The notes under the pieces were generated by a model. That model was not told the origin of the DNA. It saw nothing but the letters and a program-made list of their open reading frames with translations, and made no database searches. Below, in pieces: positions 1-12,965 of a DNA stretch of 64,000 bases. The position numbers and the translations under genes are program-made. Origin of the DNA: Octopus sinensis (lineage: Eukaryota); the NCBI RefSeq assembly GCF_006345805.1, contig NC_042999.1, positions 149,606,001 to 149,670,000 of the forward strand, written 5' to 3'. Numbering within the stretch: position 1 is the first letter of the stretch; every line of letters starts with the position of its first letter.

Positions 1-175
1 TGGCAGAATCGTTAGAACACCGGCATTTCGTCTGTTTTTATGTTCTGAGTTCATATGTTGCCGCGGTTGACTACCGGTGTCGATAATATAAATAACAGCT
101 GAGTACTGAGGTTGATGTAATCGACTAGCCCCATTACCTCAGAATCGCTGGTTCTGGGCCAAAAATTAGAAGGGA
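1..175 (+). mobile_element. tRNA-derived SINE family A, diverged copy cut by the window edge
   Basis: TGGCAGAATCGTTAG...TTCTGAGTTCA...GTCGATA...GATGTAATCGACTAG matches the many family-A copies in the window. Confidence 0.8.
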
Positions 176-199
176 TCATTAATCATTATCATTAACAGA

Positions 200-545
200 C
201 GAGGTGTAACTGTGTGGTAAGACGCTTGCTTTCCAACCACATGGTTGCGGGTTCAGTCCCACTGTGTGGCACCTTGGACAAGTGTCTTCTACTATAGCTT
301 CGGGAAAACTATTACCCTATGAGTGGATTTGGTTGACAGGAAAATGAAGGGAGCGTGTCGTGTATGTTTGTGTGTGTGAACCGGTGTTAGTATGTATACG
401 TCCCTGTAAGCTAGCGGTTCGGCAAAAGAAACCGATAGAATAAGTACCAGGCTTTAAAGATAATAAGTTTTGGCTTCGATTCGCTCGACTAAAATTCTTC
501 AAGGCGGTGCCCCAGCATGAGCGCAGTCTACTGCCAGAAACAAGA
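200..545 (+). mobile_element. tRNA-derived SINE family B (CORE-like middle)
   Basis: Head TGTGTGGTAAG...GGTTCAGTCCC (A/B-box-like), ACCTTGGACAAGTGTCTTCT, tail AGCGGTTCGGCAAAAGAAACCGATAG...CCAGCATG; recurs more than 10 times. Confidence 0.85.
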
Positions 546-583
546 TGATAGACAATTTACATATTATACACATATATTACACT

Positions 584-783
584 TTTATTTGTTTCAGTCA
601 TTTGACTGCGGCCATGCTAGAACACTGCCTTTAGTCGAGCAAATCGACCCCAGGACTTAATCTCTGTAAGCCACGTACTTATTCTATCGGTCCCTTTTGC
701 CGAACCGCTAAGTTACGGGGACGTAAACACACCAGCATCGGTTGTTAAGCGATGTTGGGGGGGGGACAAACACAGACACACAA

Positions 784-876
<93 letters not shown>

Positions 877-1020
877 TACGACGAGCTTCTTTCAGTTTCC
901 GTCTACCAAATCCACTCACAAAGCTTTGGTCGGCCTGAGGCGATAGTAGAAGATACTTGCCCAAGGTGACACGCAGTGGGACTGAACCCGGAACCATGTG
1001 GTTGGTAAGCAAGCTACTTC
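584..1020 (-). mobile_element. SINE family B, near full length, with internal (TA)n(TG)n
   Basis: Reverse complement of the family-B pattern from head (about 1020) to tail GACTGAAACAAATAAAAG (about 584). Confidence 0.9.
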
Positions 1021-1281
1021 ATAAATGTATAAAACAAAAATCGTCTTTTATCCATGTATCTACGTATATACATATATATACACGTACGCGTTGTGTTGAA
1101 TGCGTGTATGGATAAAGTATTAATATTTATATTTTCATTTTCTCTCTCTCTCTCTCTTACTACACACACACATACATACATACACACACATATGTATATA
1201 TATACACACATAGCCAAAATATTATGACTGACTGTTATACGAGTGCATCGTGTCCCTGCTTTATGGTCTCTGAGACGACTC

Positions 1282-1550
1282 ACGTATACACACACACACA
1301 CATACACACACATATATATATATATCCCTTCATTCTTTTACATGTTTCAGTCATTAGACTATGCCATGCTGGAGCACTGCCTTGAAGAGTATTAGTCGAA
1401 GAAATTGACCCGAGGACTTATTCTTTGTAAGTCTAGCACTTACTCTATCGATGGAATTTGTCGAACTGCAATATCACAGGGACATAAACACACCAGCATC
1501 GGTTGTCAAGCGATGGTGGAGGGGACAAACATGAACACAAAGATACACAC
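1282..1550 (-). mobile_element. SINE family B 3' half plus flank
   Basis: Family-B tail; inverted near-copy of 4677-4905. Confidence 0.85.
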
Positions 1551-2830
1551 ACTGAACCCGAAAGCATATGCTTGGGAACATAAATATATACACACACATA
1601 TGTGTACATGCATATCCATCCATCTATAATGTATATGTGTGTGTATATGCATGTGTGTGTGTTATGTATGCGCGCGCGCGCACTCATAGTGATACATTTC
1701 ATAAGATTGTTCGTATAAAACTTTTTCTCCAATACATCGACACAGACTGAGGAAAAGATTAAATATTATTTTCTTTGTCACGAGAAATTCATAACTGAAT
1801 CAGCGGAAGACATGATTCTTTATCAGTGTGTGCGTGTAGATAAGGCGATAGATTAGTGTAGTGCCACAGAGTGTATGAGTGTGTATCTGCATGTCTGTGC
1901 CTATCTATATATACCTGTGTATGTATGTATGTATGTGTGTGTGTGTGTGTGAGGGCATATGAAAGAAATCAGTGCAATTACACAAGTGAAAGCAGCAGTT
2001 GTTCGTACAATCAAGAAGAATGAGTGATGATGTCATCATACCAAACAACCAATGATATTGTTTAACACTTGCGGTCACTTGTGACGTCAAAACATTGAAT
2101 GGCAGCTGAAAGTAAGGAGAGGGTAAGTATTGGGTTCAGAAGCACATGTAAGAATGACGAGAGAGTGAAAAAAAAGAAAAGAAAGAAAAGAACCAACAGA
2201 CACACACAAAGCATAAGAAGAGGAGGGGGTGTTAAAATAAGGAATAAAGAGAGGAGAAGGGTATGAAGGGATGAGAATTGCTTGCAAGGATTAAATATAA
2301 TAATGGTATCGTCAAGCAGCTATATCGGTAAAGGGGAACGAAGACGGTTCAGAAAGCCAATCCCTTGTTAGTTAGTCAGCCTAACTATTTATGGGATGGG
2401 TTTGTGTTCTTATTTGAATTTATGTGTATGTATTATTTATATACTGTGTGTTTATATTATATATTTATATTATTTATATATACACTGACATGCATATACC
2501 TACATGCACGTAAGACAACATATACATACTCATTTATACATGAATATATACATACACATGAATATATAACATATATACACATCTATACAAACGTATGTCT
2601 GTATGTATATGTGTGTGTGAGTGTGTACGAATGTGTATAAATATACATGTATATATATATATATATATATTATATATGTGTGTGTATGTATACTTACATA
2701 TACATAAATACATCTGTGTGTGCATATTTATATACATACACATATAACATCTTGGGCAAGTGTCCTCTGCTATAATGCCGGACCGAGCAATGCCTTGTGA
2801 ATTTGGTAGGCAGAAAGTGTGGAAAGCCGC

Positions 2831-2879
<49 letters not shown>

Positions 2880-2939
2880 TAAATCTTTAATTTGTTTCAG
2901 CTTTAATGCTGCGGTCATGCTAGGACACTGCCGTTGTTA

Positions 2940-2953
2940 TATATGCATGTGTG

Positions 2954-3019
<66 letters not shown>

Positions 3020-3267
3020 TGTGTGTATATTATATATATATATATATATAGATATATATATATATATATATGCATGTGTGTATATATATATATATATACA
3101 CACATATATATATATATATGTATACACATATATATATATATATATATGTATACACACACACACACATATAAGTATGTATATATAATGTAATGACATGTTA
3201 CAGCTATCTATGTATACACGCAAATATAGTCATATAGTCATACTTGTACGTGTTTGTGTGTGTGTGT

Positions 3268-3317
<50 letters not shown>

Positions 3318-3329
3318 TATACACACACA

Positions 3330-3385
<56 letters not shown>

Positions 3386-3392
3386 ATATATA
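2940..3392. repeat. Compound (TA)n/(CA)n/(TG)n microsatellite field
   Basis: Directly visible dinucleotide arrays; source of the YIYI/HTHT pseudo-ORFs. Confidence 0.95.
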
Positions 3393-3862
3393 TAACTAGG
3401 AATCTGCGAATGTGAGTCAGTTAAGCAAAATTCCTAAGGAATTCAGTCGGTATGGTAAGGGTAGAGGTTGGGGGAAGAAGGTATCTGTATCAAGAAGCCT
3501 TCAAACAAAATAAAGAAATGTGATGATAAATAAAGTAAAACAAAAATAAAGCAAAGCGGATGCTAAGGTCAAAAGACGTGACAACACGAGGAGAGTTATT
3601 CACCTCGAAGTCAGTGACAGCTGCATTTACTATAACAAAAGAATTGCTTGAGAAAAAGGGCGGGAAATAGAATCATATGAAAATGGAAAGACCTTTTTGT
3701 GCTCATCAGCGTTGTCATCTCTTTCAGCGTTGAAATGATTAGGGGAGAGGGAAATTTTTTTTCAAGGATTGTCGAGAAGGCGATGGGAAATAAACAATGA
3801 AAGGCAAAGAAAAGGAGCAAATGCTTTAAAGAAAAATGACTCCGTAGTCATCCCGGAATAAA

Positions 3863-4126
3863 AAAATTTTTTAAATGTGCCCCTTTTTTAAAGCCTAGCC
3901 AGGCTCATGGGCCCGGTTTCCTGGTTTCTATGGCGTATGTGTTCCCCAGCTGGACGGGACGCCAGTCCATCGCAGCGTTACTCATTTTTGCCAGCTGAGT
4001 GAACTGGAGCAACATGAAATGAAGTGTTTTGCTCAAGAACACAACGCGTCACCCGGTCCAGGAATCGAAACCACAATCTTACGATCATGGTGCTGACACC
4101 CTAACCACTAAGCCACGCGCCTCCAC
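3863..4126 (-). mobile_element. tRNA-derived SINE, head 1 + tail 1, with 14-bp TSD
   Basis: Minus strand GTGGAGGCGCGTGGCTTAGTGG...GGTTTCGATTCC head, TGTTCTTGAGCAAAACACTT, GCGATGGACTGGCGTCCCGTCCAG; TSD CATCCCGGAATAAA at 3849-3862 and 4127-4140. Confidence 0.92.
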
Positions 4127-4213
4127 CATCCCGGAATAAACCTAGGATTATTTTTGTGATAGCCATGGCCATAGCGTTTGTTCTTTCTTTATCAAGAATT
4201 TCCTTGTCTAAAT

Positions 4214-4361
4214 GCAGTCTTGGGTAACTTGTGCCCGCGGAGCTTTCTGAATAACACACCTGATAAATAATTACTTTCAGTGATTTTAGTAGCGAGGTCC
4301 GTCTGATAATATGGCATGTCTCATGCGGCCCGCTTCTCGAAAAAAAGGTTACCCATGCCTA
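4214..4361. mobile_element. hAT-like MITE, decayed
   Basis: Ends CAGTCTTGGGTAAC...GTTACCCATGCCT, internal GCCCGC motifs, imperfect TSD GTCTAAAT/GTCTAATA. Confidence 0.6.
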
Positions 4362-4676
4362 GTCTAATATGTTCCTTCTTTGTTTTTCTAATAGGGAGCG
4401 ATTTGATGAGGATTTGGTCACTATTTCTTGCAGGTCGAGGTAACACGTAGCGGTTCCTTCGTTTGTTCGTACCATTCTGTCCTGTTAGAGTTAATTATGA
4501 ATACATAATCGAATGTGTCTTGCCCTTATGCAGAGCGGTGGTGTTATTTAAGCGAGATTTAGCTACTATTTCTACCAAGTCGAGTGACCACGTACAGTAT
4601 CACTCGTCAGCTGATCGTTATTTGCTTGCAATTGGTTATTTTACTTCTTTGTCTAGAAGTAGGCGCGAAACCATAA

Positions 4677-4905
4677 CCTCCACCATCGCTTGACAACCGA
4701 TGCTGGTGTGTTTATGTCCCTGTAATATTGCAGTTCGACAAATTGCACTGATAGAGTAAGTGCTAGGCTTACAAAGAATAAGTCCTGGGGTCAATTTCCT
4801 CGACTAATACCCTTCAAGGCAGTGCTCCAGCATGGCACAGTCTAATGACTGAAACATGTAAAAGAATGAAGGGATATATATATGTGTGTGTGTGTGTGTA
4901 TACGT
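4677..4905 (+). mobile_element. SINE family B 3' half plus flank
   Basis: Family-B tail; inverted near-copy of 1282-1522. Confidence 0.85.
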
Positions 4906-5856
4906 CCGATCGAAAAGGGTGGTGGTTCGAGCAGTTCCTGTTCGGTTTGAACTTCTATATGTTGAAGCATGTATAGAATTCCAGAGGGATGCACATCTGG
5001 GATGGAAGGTTTGAAATATTTGTATATGCACGAGATGTGACGATGAGACATGGTAGATGAGAGTGCGGGAGGTGGGCTTAGACGTAGGTCGCATACATCT
5101 TATTAATTCAGAGTGAGACAAGAGCCACTGTGATAGCAACAGTGAGAGAACGGATGAAAGAACGCTTATGTGTTGGACAGCAGATCTTTACAATCTCGCA
5201 ATGCTTGCGCGAGCAGAAATATTTCTAATATAAGTAGCACTTACGATTTTCTAAGGGACCCGGAATTGCTCTGAGCTGTAGTATTTTACGTGACTTCTTT
5301 TTTTTCTTTATCTGGGAGTAGTTACATAAAAGTTCAGATATGTATTAAAACTCATTACATTTTAAAACTTTGTGAAAGTCACGATGTCAAGTTAAAGTGA
5401 TTTAACGCATTTCAAAAAGAGAATTAAATATTTCATTATTTGGTATTTAGGCTAATAAGTATAAGAGGCCATTATACACACACACATACACACATACATA
5501 CAATACAATACACATTGCAATTTTGTGGTATCGTGTTTGGTCCGTCCCACTGCGCAGTATCTGGAGCAAGTGTCTTCCCGTACAGCTTCAGAAGTGTAGC
5601 TTAAAAGTTCGCTTGGCAGCCGTGGAATTTCAGCTTTAGTCACATTGCGCGGAAATCTAGGCAAGTGTCTTCTACTTTAGCCCCGATCGAGCAACACTTT
5701 GTGAGTGGATTTGCTAGGCAGAAACTATGCAGAAGCTCGCCGAGTGAGTGAGAGAGAGAGGGAATGAGTGAGTGAGTGAGTGAGGGGGGGAGGGAGGGAA
5801 TGAGTGAGTGAGTCAGTGAGTGAGTGAGTCTGTGTGTGGTAGGTCTGAAACTGATT

Positions 5857-6272
5857 AAAGGCGGCGAACTGACAGAATTGTTAGCACACCGGGCGAAATG
5901 CTTAGCGGTATTTCGTCTGCCGTTACGTTCTGAGTTCAAATTCCGCCGAGGTCGACTTTGCCTTTCATCCTTTCGGGGTCGATAAATTAAGTACCAGTTA
6001 CGCACTGAGGTCCATATAATCGACTTAATCCGTTTGTCTGTCCTTGTTTGTCCTCTCTGTGTTTAGCCCCTTGTGGGTAGTAAAGAAATAGGTATTTCGT
6101 CTGCCGTTACGTTCTGAGTTCAAATTCCGCCGAGGTCGACTTTGCCTTTCATCCTTTCGGGGTCGATTAAATAAGTACCAGTTATGCACTGAGGTCCATA
6201 TAATCGACTGAATCCGTTTGTCTGTCCTTGTTTATCCCCTCTGTGTTTAGGCCCTTGTGGGTAGTAAAGAAA
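5857..6272 (+). mobile_element. SINE family A dimer with 17-bp TSD
   Basis: GGCGGCGAACTGACAGAA head, B-box-like GAGTTCAAATTCC, GCCTTTCATCCTTTCGGGGTCGATAAATTAAGTACCAG (Meta-domain-like, from memory); second unit restarts at GGTATTTCGTC; TSD TAGGTCTGAAACTGATT at 5840-5856 and 6273-6289. Confidence 0.95.
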
Positions 6273-6724
6273 TAGGTCTGAAACTGATTGTCCACCCCCA
6301 CCTTTTTTCTCAGTCTTGGTTCACAAGATTAATCTTATTTCTTCGTCCGTCTTTTCAAAGATGGCGTTCAGCCTTGAACGAGCATGATCTAAATCATTCT
6401 AACTATGACTACCATTTCGTTTGGGGCATTTTCATCTCAATCTACATTATCCAAAATTTCCTTTATTTCTTTTCAGCATATCTTTAGGTCGAAGTGTGTA
6501 TACTTTAGAGAGATTTGGCCGCTACTTCAAGCGGGTCAATCAATCACATTGAAGCTCGCTCCCAAATTATTAAGATTGTGGCTAAACTGGGACAAACTAC
6601 GAGTAATTATCGTTTCTCCTAACAAAATTGTGATGTACTTATTTGGTGTTAAGCAGAGTAGAGAAATGGCAGAGTCTGTTTCAGCTCAACATTTATCCCG
6701 TCAAAACAAAGCTTTAATTTCTTA

Positions 6725-7135
6725 TTCTTTTACTTCTTTCCGTGATCTGACTGCGGCCATGTTGGAGCACCGCCTCGAAGGGTTTTTAGTCGAACAAATC
6801 GATCGCAGGATTTATTTTTTAAGTCTAGTACTTATTCTATCGGTGTATTTTGTCGAACCGCTAAGTTATGAGGATGTAAACACACCAACACCGGTTATCA
6901 AGCGGTGATGAGAGGACAAACACAAGCACAAAAACACAAGCACAAAATCACACACACACACACACACACATATATACGACGGGCTTCTTTCCGTTTCTGT
7001 CTATCAGATCCCCTCACAAGGCTCTGGTCGGCCCAAGGCTATAGTGGAAAACCCTTGCCCTTGGTGCCACGCAGTGGAACCTGGAATCATGTGGTTGAGA
7101 AGCAAGCTTCTTACCACACAGTCACGCCCGCACCC
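6725..7135 (-). mobile_element. SINE family B, full length
   Basis: Reverse complement of the family-B pattern. Confidence 0.88.
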
Positions 7136-7154
7136 ATGTATGTATATTATTATT

Positions 7155-7745
7155 TGGTCTGTCGCTACGTTCTGTGTTCAACTTCCACCGAGGTCGACTT
7201 TGCCTTTCATCCTTTCGGGGTCGATAAATTAAATACCAGTTACGCACTGGGGTCGATATAATCGACTTAATTCGTCTGCTGTCCTTGTTTGTTTGTCTCC
7301 TCTGTGTTTAGCCCCTTGTGGGTTGTAAAAAAATAGGTATTTCGTCTGTAGCTACGTTCTGAGTTCAAATTCCGCCGAGGTCGACTTTGCCTTTCATCCT
7401 TTCGGAGGTCGATAAATTAAGTACCAGTTACGCACTGGGATTAATGTAATCGACTAGTCCTCTCCCCCCCAAAAAAATTCCAGGCCTTGTGCCTATAGTA
7501 GAAAGGATTATTATTATTACATGCTAAGGCAGTGAGTTGGCAGAATCGTTAGCCCTCTGGACGAAATGCTTAGCGGTATTTCGCCCGTAGCTAACGTCTG
7601 AGTTCAAATTCCGCTAAGGTCGACCTTGTTTTTCACTTTTTTGGGGCTGATAAATGAAGTACCAGTGAAACACTAAGGGTAGAGGTAATCAACTAGTACC
7701 CTCACCCAGAATTTAAAGTCTTGTGCCTTTAGTAGAAAGGATTAT
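7155..7745 (+). mobile_element. Three tandem SINE family A units
   Basis: Three recurrences of the GTTCAA...GTCGAC...GTACCAG core with ATT-rich tails. Confidence 0.88.
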
Positions 7746-8982
7746 TATTATTATTATTATTAGTAAATATATTGGGTTTAAAAACGCTAAAAGGATTAAA
7801 CAGTTTTCTCGAAAAGGAAAATAAAAGCAATTGATACTGTCAATTTCCATAGAAAACTATTACTGAACGACATTTCAGAAAACACAAAAGGATGACTTGT
7901 GAAAAGCTTCCTGACAACATCATTGAGAAAAGAATGAAGCAATGTGCTTAGTTTTGTAGATCGAGTTTATCTTTTGAAAAACAATGTTCTAAGAAATAGA
8001 GTATACATACATACATACATACATACATACATACATACATACATACATACATGCATGCATGCATACATACACAACCACACACACACGCGTATGTATGTAT
8101 GTATATTGTTGTTGTTTAATAGCTGAGTCATGGAGGGAGGGCGTAGTCTTCTTACTTACTGATGCCGCCTCGTGTAACAGACATTCTTCGCCGAGATACG
8201 TTGCTTGTAGAAAATAGTTTTACTAGCACATGTAATTTGGTGAGACCTAAGATATTATGAATGAGTGAAATTGCATAAAGTCGTTTAAAACGAGAAGGAG
8301 GAGGAGGAGGAGAGCGCGACATGATAAATTATATAATGACATGGGAATTTATTGCAGTTAAATTTAACGGTTTAAAACAAAATAGGAAAGCATATTCGGT
8401 TTTCATATTTCCAATGAATTTACCAAAATTTACAGCAGAGAAGATTTTTGAAAATAAAGTATTAAAAAGAAAATAAAAAGTATAAAAAATATATCGGATT
8501 TAAGGTCAGAATGTCCAAATCTTTATCAATCCAAAATAATGGTGAATTCCTCCCATTTATGTCTTCGTGTTCCTTCTTATAGGAAAAAGTGAAAATAAAA
8601 CTTTTCTGACTGTGGCACACTGTCAGGAATTAATGGATGTTTATGACAAGACTGCGTAAACTACTTTAAAGACCCTGCCTCCAGTGACCTGGCTAATACT
8701 AATAAAATACAATTTTGTCAATGCGAGGAGCCATTTCGTCGGCTTCTGTTAACTTATTTTCCATACCCCGCCCAGAAGCCTTGCTTTCTATGCAAATCCT
8801 CCTCTCAAATAAATTTCAGTTCTCCGACTTCGGTTATATTCTACTTTTCTTCCATTCCTTCTGTTGCTAGTGTAGTCTGTTACTCTAAATTTCTCGTTCC
8901 AGCTCTTGTCAATTCCAATTTCTCATAAATCTACACTCCACGTTTTGTGGCATAGTGGTTGTGATAGGAATCCCACCACACT

Positions 8983-9081
8983 GTATGTATGTATGTATAC
9001 ATACATACATACATACATACATACATACATACATACATACATACATACATACATACATACATACATACATACATACATACA

Positions 9082-9133
<52 letters not shown>
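8983..9133. repeat. (TACA)n followed by (TA)n microsatellite
   Basis: Directly visible. Confidence 0.95.
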
Positions 9134-9137
<4 letters not shown>

Positions 9138-9837
9138 ATGTTAGTCTGTCTACTTGGTATTTTTCCCTCACACCTCTATCTTTACTCTTAGTCAACAGTA
9201 CACTCAGAAGTACGGCCCCAACTTTCACCCTGGATACAAGAAATGTAAAGCAGTGCTTTAGTCTGGACTTAACGGCGATGGCTGAAAACAAAATAAAAGA
9301 TCAACCACAAACTAATTTGCTGGCTTAGTGTTTTCCGTAACTGAAGAGGAATGGTAGAGCAATATTTCATAACATGGAGGCCATAGTTGAAGGCTATCTT
9401 CGCATTGTAACATCGAAGACACACAGAGGTGGTTTCATGTTGCCAACTCTGGACCCATAAATGTAACAAAGGCTCTGCATTATAAACAAACGAAACACTC
9501 CTCAGTCATGGCTTGGCGAGTAAATCTGCACTCCAGTTTCTGTTTTAGGTTATGCTTATTTCGATTCATGTATGCCGTTAGTATCTTAAGAAACGCTTCC
9601 TCCTGTACAACTTTGCTTGTTAGCACCTTTAACAGTATTCACTCCAGTGTAGATGTTACAATCCTTCATTCCTCCTTAACTTTCCGTTTACACACGTCAT
9701 CCACATGCAACCCATACAACACAAGCTAATCCTGTATCGCCTCTGTGGATACACATCTCTAAAACATCTTTCAGTGTAGCTCATGACATTATTGACTCTT
9801 TCAATGGCACAATCAGAAGCGGTATTCATATCAAGAA

Positions 9838-10256
9838 TTAAGGCGGCGAACTGGCAGAAACGTTAGCACGCCGGGCGAAATGATTAGCGGTATTTCGTCT
9901 GCGTTACGTTGTGAGTTCAAATTCCGCCGAGGTCGACTTTGCCTTTCATCCTTTCGGGGTCGATAAATTAAGTACCAGTTACGAACTGGGGTCGATGTAA
10001 TCGACTTAATACCTATGTCTGTCCTTGTTTGTTGCCTCTGTGTTTAGCCCCTTGTGGGTAATAAAGAAATAAGTATTTCGTCTGCCGCTACGTTCTGAGT
10101 TCAAATTCCGCCGAGGTCAACTTTGCCTTTCATCCTTTCGGGGTCGATTAAATAAGTACCAGTTACACACTGGAGTCGATATATTCGACTTAATCCGTTT
10201 GTCTGTCCTTGTTTGTCCTTTCTGAGTTTAGCCCCTTGTGGATAGTAAAGGAATAA
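9838..10256 (+). mobile_element. SINE family A dimer with 16-bp TSD
   Basis: Same dimer architecture as 5857-6272; TSD GTATTCATATCAAGAA at 9822-9837 and 10257-10272. Confidence 0.95.
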
Positions 10257-11419
10257 GTATTCATATCAAGAAAATAATCTCTCTAATTTTAATCGCTCTA
10301 GTTTTGAACATCATGCATTCAAAATCCCTAAAGTCGCAACAAATGCCGGCCATCGTAATCTGAGATAATCTCAGTTGGAGATTCCATATAACAAAGTTAA
10401 AAAGCTACAACTCAAAGACAAGCCTTTCTCTTCAGAGCCAGAAACTGTTTCTGTTCTTGTCTCTCAGCAAAGATCAAATAAGATCCATGTTGTAACGTCG
10501 ATCCGAGACTGTCCTGTTGTTACGCATACAAAAACATCTTTAAGGCTATGTGACTTAAATCTTTGGCCCAAATATTTGCTATTTCCTCTCTTGGCCTATG
10601 TTATGGTTACCAGTACGGTCTCTGAACAATAAAGTTCCAAACCACATCCATCCCTGCCCATCGGTTTCTCTTCCTTCATCAATCCCCCGTCTCACCTTCT
10701 AGGTTCCGTAATTACCACTAAACCCAATCCTTCAACAACACAACCCTCTAGAAATCCACCACCACCACCACCACCACGAGTTATTTTCTACTAATGTTCA
10801 TGTTGAACATAAACTGCATCAATTTTAGAATCCCAGAGGACGTGAGAAGGTCACGGTACAACCTCTTTCTTCTGACTAACTCATAAAAAGAACCCCTGAG
10901 ATCTAGTGATTGGTGAAAATAAACCAAGCATGAAATAACCCTCCCTCCTCTTGATTACAGTGGAAAATAATATCTAGCAGAGATAATTATTTATAGCAAG
11001 AGGAAATTGGCCCTGTGTGAGTTAACTATTTGCTAGAGACAGACATAAGCCGTATAAATGGCTTATGTAATAGCAACTCTGAAAATCTTTTCAGCTAAAT
11101 ATCGCTGAGTGATAAACTGATAATCTAAAATGTTAGACGTTAAGCAGCAAATTGAAATCAAAAGACATGATAAAGATTACACAAGCTGTGATGTAGTTTA
11201 AACTCGGATCATTAGATTTACAATCAAAGGCATTCTATCCATGATCAATCCGTCTTAAATCTAATCGGCTCTTCCTTTTTCTAAAACAAGAGTGTGACTG
11301 ACTGAGGAAAGTTTGGCTGTTATTTCAAGCAGATCAAGAATATAAGTTACTTTCGTTGGCTTGTGACGTGTTTTTTATCAATTAATTAATTTACTTTTTG
11401 GTTGAGGGAATCCCATGAA

Positions 11420-11580
11420 CAGGACCGCTTCAACAACACCTTAGGCCCTCGAGAAAAATAATGACTTAGGGCGCCTGTAAGCACAACGACAGTAAACATA
11501 CATTTAGATTGGGCCCCTAGACCCCTTTCCTTCCTTTCCCGGGCAAGTGCTTAGCGTGCCTGTGCCTTAAGACTTCACTA
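11420..11580. mobile_element. hAT-like MITE with 8-bp TSD
   Basis: Starts CAGGACCG, internal GGGCCCC/GGCGCC motifs; perfect TSD CCCATGAA at 11412-11419 and 11581-11588. Confidence 0.7.
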
Positions 11581-11828
11581 CCCATGAATATACAGATAGA
11601 TTTTCTGAGTCATCAATTATAATTATTTCTACACACACACACATTATATACATTGTTGTGTCCGGGGAGAGTTATTCTCTTTTAGTGCCTTAATATTTAA
11701 CATACTCACCGGTAAAGTTTCCACTCATTTACTTATTTATTTTTTCTATAGAAAGATACAACAAAATATGCTTCAACACACGAACTCACATAAAGAAGCT
11801 TGGAAACCTAATCCAAAAACGAAGTGTA

Positions 11829-11880
<52 letters not shown>

Positions 11881-12965
11881 GAGAGGTATTGGTGTCAAAA
11901 AGACCCAAAGGTGTCAGGTAATGCTGAGTAAGTGCTATGGACAGACTGCTGTTGCGTTGAAGTCATGGGATACAGCATGTGAAGTATTTTTACAGGTGAA
12001 CTTATTGAGTCAATATAGAATATCCCCAAATGAACAGACAAACTGTCAATGGCCAAGATCAACGAGTTCAGTTAGCGAACTACTGCTATCATCAACAGAG
12101 GTGTGTGCAGATGAGAATTTCAGTTAGTGATTATATGAAGTCAGATTTGACCAAGCGTAATTCAAATTGAAGGGTAATAACTCGTTTTTGAACATAGATA
12201 AATACAAGTATATTAAATACCTAACAGCATAACTTCTTGATTTATTAAAATCATATCCAACTCTAGATGATGTGTCATAATTACCAAATAGCAATTAAGG
12301 TCCACTTGGCCCTCATTTGAATAAAAGGACAATCCTCTCCTTTTTTTTTTAACTGTATAGCTTCAAACTTCTTTGTCTATTTTTAATGTTGCGGGGTGTG
12401 ATTTGAGAGAGATTTGGTTGCTATTTTAAGTGGGTCCTGCGACCAGGAAAGGAGAAGTTTAACATTTTTTCCTCTTTTTCTTTTTATGGAGGTTCACACC
12501 TTTCGAAATTTCAAATTAATTCTAGCACTTCTTGATTTGAAGATTATTAAAACAAAAATTCAAAATTACTAAACAAAACTATTTGACTACTGTTGCTTTT
12601 TGTTAAATTAAATTAGAGTACATAATGGTTCTGAGAGCAATATATCAATGTTATATTGAACGTCCGGCTGATTTCAAAAGAACCATAGTTGCCTACACCA
12701 ATCAAGAAATAGGAAATAGATAAAAGTTTGTTTGGCACCCTCTTCACGCTTTCCAAAGAATTGGTTCTTATACTGTTCTTAAAAGATTAATGATGTTAGA
12801 TCTCTCCCATTGGTTCATCTTTGTGATGGAGTTTAAATGGAGCGATGTATTAAGCAGGTTTGTTGCTTAGCTCCGGGTTAGCTCTGGTATTACAAGTCTA
12901 CATTCAAAGGCAGCCAAGGCCTTTTATGTAAATACATCTCGTCTTCATTATCCAACGCGTAAAAC

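Noticed and set aside
713-3395. Many ORFs rich in YI, HT or CV dipeptides (also near 9000, 40900, 46200, 48400, 55500, 56700, 59300)
   Set aside because: Translations of (TA)n, (CA)n and (TACA)n microsatellites.
5640-7261. ORFs of 118-167 aa such as MRNWYLIYRPRKDERQ and MTTISFGAF
   Set aside because: Run through SINE copies; similar peptides recur wherever the SINEs do (e.g. 28991-29434).
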